A stretch of 64,000 nucleotides of DNA. Origin: Tubulanus polymorphus (taxonomy: Eukaryota > Animalia > Nemertea). Every line of letters begins with the position of its first letter. Position 1 is the stretch's first letter. This document shows positions 37,194-49,212 of this stretch, piece after piece. The notes below the pieces were generated by a model. It was not told where the DNA came from and did not search any database. It worked only from the letters and a program-made list of their open reading frames with translations. The stretch spans positions 15,996,110 to 16,060,109 of the forward strand of contig NC_134030.1 of NCBI RefSeq assembly GCF_964204645.1, given 5' to 3'. A program made the translations under genes and the position numbers.

Positions 37194-38274
37194 CCAATTG
37201 CGAAATATATTTTGCTTAATCCGTTCAATTCACCCATTAGTAGTGAAATTACAGGCTAATGAAATTGCGTTTGAGTGTGCTAAAAATAGCTTCGAGCATA
37301 GTGTATTAAGCATACGAATGATAATCGATCGGCCAGACCGTTGACATAGGCTCGCTAACGGGAGCAGATAAAAGCTAATATAACTTACTAAAACTTTTCA
37401 TTGATTTTATACATCAAGTCCATAAGTGAGCTACCTTTTTATTTTTCTGGAAAATAGGACATCAATGACGAGAGTTCGTTATAATTTAGCTCGAGCAGAC
37501 GATCCACTTGTTATTTCATTGCATATATCATATACTAACAAGACTAGGAATTGCAGTCAGCAAATTTACTACAAAAGTTAGCAACCATACTTAAGGTATG
37601 AAGGGTAAGATGGTCACTTCTCTCTTTCTAATAACTTGGTTAAAGAAGACATCTTACATGAATCTTCAACACGAACAAACAAACCCCGAATTTCACTGAA
37701 ATTAACTTCAGCATTTTGTCCTAAAAATGCTGAGGAATGACATCTTATCATTAGCTTTTTCTATTCATCTTCAGCAGTTTCTTCACCAATAATAAATTAG
37801 AGACATCTCAAGGTTGCAATGATGTTACCTAATATTGATCATTGCACATTTATTATTAGATAGCTGTGACTGGGCATGTGAACAACTTAGCATGTGAACA
37901 ACTTAGTCATTTAGACACACCCTTAAGGTGCATATACATTGAGGTGTGACTGGAGGGGTTTGACCTATGAAATCTCTAAATTTCTAAATTGTTGGGATCT
38001 TTTATTTTTGTCAGTGGTTTTTGTTTCAACACTTCCTTACAAATTATGTTCCATTCATTTCAACACGTAGTGCACAGTACCATACTACAGTTGGTTGCAG
38101 TGGTCAATGAGTAAGAATTTATTGATGGCAACATCTTACTGCTTCCAATCATAGTCTTTGGCAGTTATTATAAATAGTACCACAATGAGACTCAAGGCCT
38201 GAAAAAATCATGGTGGTTTTCACTAAGGGGTAATCTTCCTTACACAGTTAAAGTACTAAGTTAGGTTTGGTTAC

Positions 38275-38429
38275 CTGTGCTTTTGTTTTTCTTATTCATA
38301 TCGAATCCAGCTGATTTCGCTATTTCTTTCTGTGCTTTCTCAAATGTTGGTTCTTTCATCGGTTCCGCAAGAGAATCACGTTCAGCGGGATGAACAAACA
38401 CATACAACTGTGATGGTCCAAACATCAGT
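38275..38429 (-). CDS. KIF28P: Host kinesin-3 exon (LMFGPSQLYVFVHP...AQKEIAKSAGF)
   Basis: taAG/GTAACC, phase 2/1; end of FHA domain. Confidence 0.92.
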
Positions 38430-38517
38430 CTTAAAAAATGAACATTTGTAGAGCTCGATATACATCTTATGTATGATATACGAAATAACTGGATAGCAAT
38501 TTTCAACTAAAAACAAT

Positions 38518-39226
38518 CAGGGATGAAAACAGAGGAGCTTGAATAACGCAGAAATGTAAAATTATTAGGCAAACACAAGGTGTGAAGCCCCTAAGGGTGG
38601 TTTGGGGGCGCTCCCCAAATTATATTTTGAAATTTTAAGGGACTTTTGGCTCATTTTCCAGCATTGACTAATAAGACTGCTGTCAGCGGTTATGAAGACT
38701 GCTGCAGTCTATCGTGCCGTCAATGAAAAGGATGACTCCGACAATATCCAAATCACCATAACATGTTCATACTTAAATGCATGTGTCAATAAATGGTTGA
38801 GATTCCAAAGAGGGGCCGGGCCTTAGCTATAATCTTCCCATTTATTACCCAAGACAACCACACAGTGCCTGAATTAAACAATGATGTACGCAATGCTATG
38901 TTGAATGAATAGAAGCATGCAACGACGGATCTTTAATAAAGATATCCTGCGTAACACTATTACATGTATATATATTATTGAATGGTTGAACGCGTGCAGA
39001 CAATGGGTCTAGACAATACCAATGTTTCGCAATAATGTAATAAAACAGATTTCAGAGATCGTAGCAGCAATTTTATAAAACGCCTTTAACTGTCTGTTAT
39101 TTAAGTGTGCTACGATCTAAACTCTCAACTATTCCCAAGCCCCAACCCTCCTTCATTTTTTGAATGGATCTATATCAATCTCAAGAATGATAAAATGGAC
39201 CTTCACGCTTAGGATTTTCATCCTTG
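38518..39226. mobile_element. Older MITE of the CAGGGATGAAAA family
   Basis: TIR CAGGGATGAAAA / TTTTCATCCTTG; shares TCTCAAGAATGA subterminal motif with the other two copies. Confidence 0.7.
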
Positions 39227-39676
39227 AAAGATATATTTGTGGGACTTCTGCATTCCAAAGATGACTGTCAATAGTTCTTTTTCAATCTGTGCATATGCCA
39301 TATGTTGTCTCTCGTTCAAAGCTTGTGATGCAAAAGATAGAGGACCACCATCCTGACAAAGCTATGCCCCTAGACCAGTAGCACTTGCATCAACAGAAAC
39401 AACAACAGGTTTGCTGTTATCGACAGGCTCTTACAATATGGAGGTAAAAACAGCAATGTTTACATGTGTCTTTTGTAAAGCAATTGCTGATTGGTCAGCT
39501 TGTTGCCAGGTTTTGATGTCTGTCAACAGAGCACATGTAGGTAAATCTTTTGACCTGACAGGTAATATAGTATATACTCGAATAATTCAAAACTACCTAC
39601 TACTGGTATTACAACTCTATTCTCAAAATGAGATACGACTTAAAGAGCAAATGCTGTCAAAATAGAATAGTGTTAA

Positions 39677-42166
39677 CCCTTTTGGGACGGATCGTGCCTA
39701 GTGGCACGATCCGCAAAATTCTCTCATGGCCGAATCGTGCCGGGCAGAACGATATCAGAGCTGCTCACTCAAACGTCGTTTTGTGTTAAAATGGGCCGAT
39801 TCTGCCATTTATACTCAACCTATGGGGATTCTCAACGATGTAGGGAATACCTTTTCTTCTTTTTGTTACGCATTTCAACGAGAGGCGAAGCCAGAAAACT
39901 TTCTTGAAAATAAGTGAAATTTTCGACATTGTAAGATCCAAATTTTCAAAATGGCGAAGAGGATGACAGCACAAGAGGTTTAAGATGAGATTGTAGCCGA
40001 TCAGGATTCTGGAGATTCGGATTTTGACGATGAATCAGGTGATTTTTTAACCGCAAATTCTTCTGCTTTCACACACATAGACCCTGTACACACCCATAGC
40101 GGCAGTGAAACTGAGAGCGAGGTGTCAGATTTAGCCGTTGTGAGTGATGCTGAAATGTATTCTGATGGATATGACCAAGATAATGGCTCAAATGTGTCCA
40201 TGATTCTGAAAGTGGTCATTCAGATGCAGAAAATCCTGTACCTGTCAACTATGGACCTGTCAACTATGGGCCTGTCCCTGCTATTGCTGCCCAACAAGCC
40301 CACAACCCTGTGTCCTCAGACTCTGAGACGGATGACGGTGTGGTTATTCGAGGAATAACTGTGATTCCTCGAAGGCAAGGACGTGGAAATGGTCGTCATG
40401 TACGCATTCGCGAGGTGGTGTAAGGATGAGAGGTGGTAGGGGGAGAGGTAGAGTAAATGCCCAGCCACAACCCCTGGTTCGAGGACAAGCCCGCGGTCGC
40501 AGGGGACGAGGTCAGAGAGGATGGGGTGTGAGACAACCAGCTCGACCAGCTGGACCTGACTGGCAGGATGATCACAATGAAGTCCCTAATTGGTTACCAA
40601 ATTTGGTCTGCTAAACTCCAGGTAGGCCTAGCATTGACTGTACAGATTTCCAGCCAATGGATTTTTTTCTTGCCACATTTTCACAGGAGTTGATTATAAT
40701 AGACGAGATGAAACAAATCATTATTTCAACCAGTGGTGGCAGGGAAAGCAAGACGAAGCAACAATGAACAATACACAGGTCAAGAACAGTGATAAAAAGA
40801 CAAAAACAGATTGGCAAGATACCACAGTTGAGGAAATAAAGGCTTTTTTAGCCCTAATGATTGTAATTGGAAACAACAAGAGGCCTCGCTTCAAGTCCTA
40901 TTGGTCTACTGAGTGGCTAATCTCAATTGAAGGCTTTCGGTCAGTAATGTCGAGGGATCGTTTCCTTACAATTCTGAGATTCCTTCATGCAGCAAATAAT
41001 GAACTAACTGTTCTCCGAGGACAACCAGGCTATGATAGGATTTTCAAAGTGAGACAGGTTGTTGACAATCTTGTGTCAAAATGGCAGAGCGTATTTCATA
41101 TTGATAAGTACACGTCAGTGGATGAAGGCATGATTGGCTTCAAAGGAAGGATATTCATGAAACAATATATGCCTAAGAAGAACAAAATGGGGTTTCAAGG
41201 CTTGGATTTTAGCCGGTTTCAAATCTGGTTTTGTTTATAACTGGAAACTCTATACTGGTAAGGAGGGTGACCAGGTAGAAACCAACCTTGGTGAAAAGGT
41301 TGTGACGGATCTCTCACAGATTCTGCCTGCTGGACATGAAATCTACTGTGATAATTTCTTTACATGTTACGAACTTCTGCAGACACTTCAGGCCCGGGGG
41401 ATTGGATGCTGTGGCACAGTTAGAACAAACAGGACTTCAAATCCAGAGGATATGAAAAATTTTACAGTGAAAAAACAAGGGAATGCTGGATTGCGGCAAC
41501 TGTCTCCAATATTCAAGAGATGTGGAGACATTCTCCCAGTAGCTTGGTTTGACAAGAGACCTGTAACAATGCTTTCGAGTGTGTACGCTTCTGAGATGAT
41601 AGATAAGAGGATTAGAGATAGAGAAGCAGAAATTGTTTTCTGACAAGTTCAGAAACCACAAGTAGTAGAGAGATACAACATGTATATGGGGGGTGTCGAT
41701 CTCAATGACCAGCTAAATTCCTATAACAATATGGTACGCAAGGCAAACGAAATGGTGGAAAAAAATTTTCTTCCATCTAATGGTCACCGCCATGTCAAAT
41801 GCATATATTCTATACAAGATTACAGTTCCAGTTGCCAGACGAAAAGAAGGGCATGAATTTCGGTTGAACATAGCAAAGGGACTGCTTGCAGGATGGCAAC
41901 GTCGTAGTTCATTGCCTGGACGCCCATCTATGGGACCAAATCCTGTCAGGCTTACAGAAAAAATGGAGACAGGGAGAATTGACCATGTTGTTTGTTGCAA
42001 AAGAGTCGACAACAAGTATGTAAGGAGGTCCCAAACTCGTTACAAGTGCAAAAATTGTTATCCAAGAGTTGGTCTCTGTCTCGAACCGCCATGTTTTGAA
42101 CTCTTTCACACTAAAGAGGATTACAAAGCTGCTTACAACACATATCTAGCTGAGAAACAGAACTAG
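39677..42166 (+). mobile_element. piggyBac transposon 2 (decayed; right TIR not found)
   Basis: TTAA|CCCTTTT left end; transposase 39951-42166 with SVDEGM, YCDNFFT, MGGVDLNDQ and C-terminal Cys-rich CKNC..LC..PCF..FHT; several frameshifts. Confidence 0.9.
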
Positions 42167-42554
42167 GATACATAACTAGGATTATAAGGTAGGACACTTT
42201 TATTTTCAATCAAGTAACAGTTATCTTCCAGGGAAAACATGAAAAAAGCAAAATTTTGAAATTTCTGAAATTTTCGTCACTAGAGGTCTCCCTCCCAAGG
42301 GTCTAAAATGTAGGGTACCTTTCTGACGTCATCTCTGACAAGCGCTCGCGGCTTCCAGTCATTTCACTAGACATTTCATGCGATATTTTATCATTTTGGG
42401 AGTGATTTGAATTAATAAACTCTTACCATTGTCTACAGTTGCTACCATTGTATATGACATGATGATGGAATAACTGAATAAAATAAATGACTTATTTACG
42501 GCTTATTCGAGCTACTTTATTCGATAAGTCAGATCTCAGGTCGTTACATATATA

Positions 42555-43144
42555 CCGTAAAAACCGGCGTATAAGTCTACGCGGCATATAAGTCGAGGTC
42601 GATTTTTAGACCTACATTTCATGATTTTAACATATATCCGGCTTATAAGTCGAGTCCCTTCTCTTAGAAGAATAATTACTAGTATCATTGTATTGAATAG
42701 TTTGTTTTGATAACGATGTGTGCCTTCACGCACGCCGCCACGCGTCAGCCTGATTGCTGCTGTGTGTTAATCAATAGACTGTTACACACACTCAGGTATA
42801 ATACACTACCATACAGTGATACAGTAGTGTGAGTCACACGCTATATATAGCCTAATGTATTAAGCGCTGCTATGAGCGCGCATATATGAATACATCGTTT
42901 TAAATGAAGCTGTGTCAAAATGAAAGAAGTTTTTTTCATTAAATAACTTTATTTTTCATGAATAATTATTCAAACTGTTATGGCAGTAAGAAGATGAACA
43001 CTGTCTTTTTTGTCTGGTAGAATCAATATTTCTTGTGACCTGAAAATACTTCGTAGAAAACTGTACTCGGCGTATAAGTCGAGGTCAATAATTTAGTGGT
43101 AAAATCAAGGGTTAAAAACTCGACTTATATGCCGGTTTTTACGG
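42555..43144. mobile_element. pogo/Tc1-type MITE
   Basis: TIR CCGTAAAAACCGGCGTATAAGTC / GACTTATATGCCGGTTTTTACGG; repeated TATAAGTCG motifs; TA at left. Confidence 0.8.
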
Positions 43145-43429
43145 TTTTTAAGTTTCTTCTGGTTAAGAAATCGTGGAAAGTTAAATTTTGACAGCATTTG
43201 CCCTTTAACCGGTAACAGTCCACCGTTTACTGATGAAGGTATTCTTAGTCACTGACACTGAAGTAATTTGTAACTTGCGATAGTCATTGGCTGACTGTTG
43301 TTTTTCCAATAGTTTCATGGTAGGTTATTTTTTGCAGTTTAACCGATAGGTCTATCTGATTATATAAAGATCGGGTACTACGTTGAGTTGTCTTACCAAT
43401 GTAATGATTATTTGTTGCCAATCGATGTG

Positions 43430-43920
43430 AGTAATAGGGGTAATGGGCTTTCAGATCAAAGGTCGAACGGTCGAGCTCATTAAAAAACAAATATTAAAAG
43501 TAAGGGAACCGCTCCGCTCCGCAACCAATTGATTTATTTACAATACACAAATTCATATAATCAAATATATTTTAATAATAATAATTATTCTATTATTCAA
43601 CTGAAATACACACGGTTATGAAAATATATTATAGTTTTAAATTACTTTTAATATTTGTTTTTAATGAACTCGACCATTCAACCTTTAACCTGAAAGCCCA
43701 TTACCCCTATTACTCTTAAAATAATCATATACATGAATAACATTTAAATTGACAGATTATTCAATATAAAAGTATATATTTACAACATTATTTCAATATT
43801 CATATTTGTGTGAAATAGATGTTTAAACATTAAAAGTGTTAGTAAAGTGTGATTGAAATAATACATGATATAAATCATTGAACTTCTAAAATCAATTTAG
43901 TAAAAAAATATGTATAATAA
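43430..43920 (+). repeat. Left TIR with internal palindrome (43430-43714), ~118-bp deletion relative to right TIR
   Basis: Reverse complement of 58346-58953; terminal AGTAATAGGGG recurs inverted ending at 43714. Confidence 0.92.
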
Positions 43921-44445
43921 ATGGAATCAGAACAACCACAAACTATCAATATTACAAATAACACTGGCGTCATAAATATATACTACAAGAAGTGTTCTAA
44001 GTGTGAATTAGATAAATTAGCTTTAACAGAATTTAGTAAGCGTAAGATTAGCAAAGATGGTTTTCAATATTGCTGTAAAACTTGTACTAAACTATATACC
44101 AAACAATATTGAGAAGATAATAGAGAAGCTTACAATGATTATATGACAGAATATATGAGAGGAAGATATCAAACAGATCTTAATTTTAGATTAAAACAAT
44201 GTTTAAGATCTAGATTAACACAATTTTTCAACAAAGAAACACATTCAGAGACATTATCTAATTTGTTGGGTTGTTCAGATGAATTTCTCAAATCATGGAT
44301 AATATATCAATTCGATGATAAAATGAATATAGATAATTATGGTGAATACTTTCATATTGATCACGTGTTGCCGATTTCTAAATTTGACATGAGTGATGAT
44401 TATAATAAGAAGCTAACACTGAAGGTCTTTGTAATAAAGATATAA
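43921..44445 (+). pseudogene. Zn-ribbon + HNH-type endonuclease-like gene (stop at 44110-44112, C-terminus truncated)
   Basis: KCSKC...F......DG....CKTC; LRSRL; LLGCS; FHIDHVLPISKF; two ORFs in same frame. Confidence 0.7.
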
Positions 44446-44482
44446 AAAAATGTAATCTCGATTGTATATATCTGTTTTAATA

Positions 44483-44960
44483 TTGTATTGATTGTTTACT
44501 GTTAACTGTGTATTGCGCAATAACCGGTCCGATTGAACAGCTTTTCTATTGTTCTCCATTGTTCTACTATTGATCGTTGTTAATGGCGGTGGTTGTTCTG
44601 TATTGATTGGTTACTGTTAACTGTGTATTGCGCAATAACCGGTCCGATTGAACCGCTTTTCTATTGTTCTCCATTGTTCTACTATTGATCGTTGTTAATG
44701 ACGGCGGTTGTTCTGTATTGATTGGTTACTGTTAACTGTGTATTGCGCAATAACCGGTCCGATTGGACCGCTTTTCTATTGTTCTCCATTGTTCTATTAT
44801 TGAGCGTTGTTGACGGAAACAGCTGCTCAATATTGATTGGTTACATTTCTATGTTTGAATGTTGTAGTTCACAGAATAAAAATATAACTAAGTATTGCGC
44901 AATAACCGGTCCGATTGGACCGCATTTCTATTGTTCTCCATTGTTCTATTATCGATCGCT
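44483..44960. repeat. 115-bp tandem repeat, three copies plus a displaced partial copy
   Basis: TTACTGTTAACTGTG at 44496, 44611, 44726; core TATTGCGCAATAACCGGTCCGATTG again near 44893. Confidence 0.92.
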
Positions 44961-45326
44961 AAAATTTACATAATAAATATATGTGTTTATGAAATAATAT
45001 TTCCACCAGTCGTTTCTTTGAATTTATTTTCAGTTTTAGGATTTATTATCGAGAATCCGAAATGACTTATCTGGACAGTTATAGTTACTGCTCCTATAGA
45101 TAAACAATAGTAGTGAGATAATCTAAATCCTAATTTAAATAAAAAGTATTTAAAAAACAATAACTTCAACTAGCTAGTGAATTCTATTATATTTTTAATA
45201 CTTTCTTTTCAAAAGAGAATACTTTATATTTTGAATAGATTCAAATAGAAATTCTTTAGCTTTAACTAGCTAGTATCATTTGAAGAATACTTATAATATT
45301 TTTTTTGCTTTTTTTCTCTAATATAA

Positions 45327-45933
45327 ATGTCAAAGAAATCTATTAAGAATAGTATTGATATTGAAAAAACATTAGATGATTTGGGTATTAGTGATAATAA
45401 AGATACAGTTGTAACTAATTGTGCTCAAGTTAATTGTAATATAGATTATGAATACTATTTATATTGTAAGCATCATCTAGAACTATTGATTGCCGGTGGA
45501 AAAACTAGAGTTTTTAAATAGAATTATTACTTTTCAAGAATTAGATGCTATGAAACCTGATAAAGTAATAAAATATTTTAAGATTTATGAAGAAGCTAGA
45601 TTAGCCCGAATAAATGATTCTATTTCAGATGGTATTGTCAAATGTTATTCTAAGTTATGTAACCAGTTAATACCAATTGATGATGAAAATAAATTATATA
45701 GTGATTTGAAAAATGACTACTTAGTTATGACTGAATTACAAAAATGGGTCGGTTATGCTTCATTTCAATTAGGATCGGTTATGACATTAATTTCTACTGG
45801 TGTCATAACATTTTCGAACATCAAGCCTATGGAATATAAATCAGGTAAGAATGAAACAGATGACGCTGTACTACAACCAAACGTCGAAACAGAAAATGAA
45901 TCAGAACAAAAATTAACTAAAATAAATGAGTGA
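45327..45933 (+). CDS. Polinton hypothetical protein with C-terminal hydrophobic helix (probably one frameshifted gene)
   Basis: ORFs 45327-45521 and 45490-45933 overlap; TAAATG start; ASFQLGSVMTLISTGVITF segment. Confidence 0.55.
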
Positions 45934-46234
45934 TAGCGTTAAGAAGAAGTCTAGATCCGAGAAACAAATTATATGGGCAAGAGAATTAGGTAAAAGATCT
46001 TCAGAATTAAAAAAAGCTAAGAAAAAGAAATTAACTGATATAAATGAATCACCTGATATTGATTCAAATAATAATCCATCTAATTCTTCTAATGCTGGAA
46101 GTAATTATAAATTATATATTAAAATTGGATTAGTAACAGTTATTATATTATCCGGTGTAATATATAAATCAAAATTCAAATCTGATGATAAAGATGATTC
46201 CAATGATAATAAACCAGAAAATACCAGAAAATAA
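45926..46234 (+). CDS. Polinton small basic protein with one TM helix
   Basis: TAAATG start; Lys-rich N-terminus; LYIKIGLVTVIILSGVIY. Confidence 0.65.
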   Translation: MSDSVKKKSRSEKQIIWARELGKRSSELKKAKKKKLTDINESPDIDSNNNPSNSSNAGSNYKLYIKIGLVTVIILSGVIYKSKFKSDDKDDSNDNKPENTRK

Positions 46235-46292
46235 GTCAAATGATAAAGTCATTGAAACTAAATCTAAATTATTATTAATGGATTAAAATAAG

Positions 46293-47411
46293 ATGAAAAA
46301 AGAACAATATTTAAGAGATTTATATTATAACCCAGAAAGTGAAGTATCATATTCTAGCGTTTCATAATTATGGGATAAAATTAAATCTGATAATGAAAAT
46401 GGTGATGGTGCCGTACGGCACCCACATGGTGATATAAAATATAGTGAATTGAAATCATGGTTACAAAATCAACCAACATATCAAATCCACAAGAAAATGG
46501 ATAAAACTTATTTAACAAGAAAAGTTATGGTTTCATATATCGATTAACAATGGCAAGCAGATTTAATTGATATGAAGAACTTAGAGGAATACAACAAAGG
46601 ATATTTCTAGATATTAAATGTTAAAGACATATTCAGTAGATATGCATGGTCAATTCCAATCAAAAATAAAACTGGAATAGAAGTGACAAATGCTTTTAAA
46701 TCAATATTTAAAGAAGCTATTCCAGGTAAGATACAATTTGATGAAGGTAAAGAATTTTATAACAAACATTTTAAAAAACTATTATCCGATAACGATGTAG
46801 ATTATTTTTCAACACACTCAGATAAAAAAGCATCTATTATAGAAAGATTTAATAAAACATTGAAAACTAGAATGTGGAAATATTTTACTGCTAATGAAAC
46901 ATATAAATATATCGATGTGTTAGATGATTTAGTGAAAGGTTATAATAATTCTAAACATAGTTCTATAAATATGAAACCTATACAAGCTAGAAAAGAAGAT
47001 AATTCGGAAATAGTTTGGAATAATTTATATGGAGCATTTGTTACACATGATTTTGGAGAACCTAAATTTAAAATAGGACAACACGTTAGAATATCTAAAT
47101 ATAGAAAAACCTTTTATAAAGGTTATACCCCAAATTTTACAGAAGAAATATTCAAGATTAAAAAGATAATATTAACTAAACCTTTTGTTTATAAGCTAGA
47201 AGATCTAAAAGATGAAGAAATATTAGGTTATTTCTATGAACAAGAATTATCACTTGTACCAAACCCAGATGAAATAGAATACAAAATAGAAAAAGTATTG
47301 AAAACAAAAACTCTTAAAGGAAAAAAGTATTCTTTGGTGAAATATAAAGGATACGATGATAAATTTAATGAATGGATTTTATCTAGTAAAATTAAAAGAA
47401 TAAATGAATAA
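46293..47411 (+). pseudogene. Polinton retroviral-type integrase with C-terminal chromodomain-like region; three in-frame stops
   Basis: WQADLID, QFDEGKEF, IERFNKTLK; YKIEKVLK..LVKYKGY..FNEW. Confidence 0.93.
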
Positions 47412-47898
47412 AGATTTATTTATATTTGAACCGCATAATATGTTAGTTACTGGAGTAACCAATTGTGGTAAAACACATTTCATATTAGATTTGTTAGAAA
47501 CTATTTATAAGAATCATTTTGATAACATAATATTATTTTGTCCTACTTATGAAATGAATAAAACATATAATAGAGATATAGTTAAGATGAAAAAGTTTAT
47601 TATATTAGATCCTAAAACAGTAAAAGAAAATTTAGATAATTGTATAAAAATAGCAATTGATACTTATAAAGGATCAAATACATTATTCATTATAGATGAT
47701 TGCGCAAATTTACATGATTCAAAAGTTAGAGAAAGTGAGTTATGTTATCTAGCTTTCTCTGGGAGACATTTTGGGATAACAACATGGGTTTTAAATCAAA
47801 AATATAATTCAATTGTTAAAGACTTTAGGGAGAATATAAGATTTCTAGTTTTATTTTATAACAAAGATTTTATAACAAAGAATTGTTATTCCTTCTAA
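47404..47898 (+). pseudogene. A32/FtsK-like packaging ATPase, C-terminally truncated
   Basis: Walker A GVTNCGKT, Walker B LFIIDD, GRH..I.....Q motif; breaks off after FYNKD. Confidence 0.88.
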
Positions 47899-49212
47899 CT
47901 TAAATAATAATCTTATTCTATCTTTTAGTGATATGTCAGAATTTGGTTTTATCAACAAATCTTTAAAAATAACTTTTAATCTATTAATATTATAATCATA
48001 TGATTTTGATAATTATTTAATTTCTTCTTTTTGTAATTCTATGTTATATTCTAAATCATCTTTTTCTTTTTCTAAATAGGCATTTCTTTTTTTAAATTCG
48101 ATTTCTTCAATATCTTTATTATCTCTATCTAATTTTAATTGTTCTATTTCTTTTTATTTTTATCAGTTCTATCTTTTTCTAAAAATCTAATTTTAATATC
48201 TCTATTACTTTTTTCATGTGCAATTTTATCAGCTGATTCTTGCATACCTTTAATTTTTCTATGCGCTTGTTCAGGAAATGCTTCTAATTCATCACCATTT
48301 AAATCAAATAATCCTTCTTCTAGTAAAGATGGTATTCGATTTATTCCAGTTTCAGCACCGGGTGTATCTAAAGCACTATTCATCTCTTCTTCAAATGAAT
48401 GAATTGTATCTAACATGCTATCAAAATGTTTTACTAATTGTAATTGACTTGAATCATTATCAATTTGTTGAATATCTCTTCTTGATGTTTCGGGTGTTGA
48501 AGATCTTAATTTATCTAATCGATTTGCAAAATCTTCATCAGTTTCTGGATCAACATCATTAGGATTTGGATTTGGATTTTTAAATGGTGAATATTTGTTT
48601 ATATCAATATTAGGAATTGGTTCTTCTTTATTTATTCTATCGAGTGCATTCCATATAATTCTGAGAAATTCTGTGCCACCTTTTGAACGTTCAATTGTAG
48701 ATCTTGCTAACATTCCAGGTTCAAAAATATTTTCTTGACCCATTTTAGATAATTGAATTGATACAATTATAATGCCATGAATCATTTTTAAATTCTAAAT
48801 TATTTGTGAAATATGGGTCATCTTTAAAAATTTGTTCTACAACATCTTCTGTATCAATTTCATCTATTACAACTTTTGGTAATAATTCGTTAACAATTGT
48901 ATCTGTTACTCTAGATTTCATTTTATATAATTCCATAGGTTTATCAGGATATTTTTCTTGTTGTTTTTCTAATAGTTCCATAAATTCTTTTCTTTCTCTA
49001 CTAGTTGAAATTCTACCACTTTCAGGAGCTTGTAAATATTTAATTAATTTTTCACGTAATTCGGAATCATCATCATAATCATCATCTTCATCTAAATTAG
49101 TATTATATGCCGTTTTATTATCATTACTGAAACTTGTTTCACCAAAATCAGGTTGTTGTTCATCACTCATACTAGGTTCATCTAAAGGATCAATTGGAAT
49201 ATATTCTTCCAT
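47875..49212 (-). pseudogene. Acidic/coiled-coil Polinton protein(s), frameshifted and truncated
   Basis: ORFs 48745-49212 and 48144-48785 plus open continuation ending SLKDRIRLLFKLEGITI at the ATPase junction. Confidence 0.55.

Noticed and set aside
43105-43115. GGGTTAA as right end of piggyBac 2
   Set aside because: Lies inside a pogo-type MITE and does not match the CCCTTTTGGGACGG left TIR
44483-44960. CRISPR-like array
   Set aside because: Whole units repeat with no unique spacers; no cas genes; eukaryotic context
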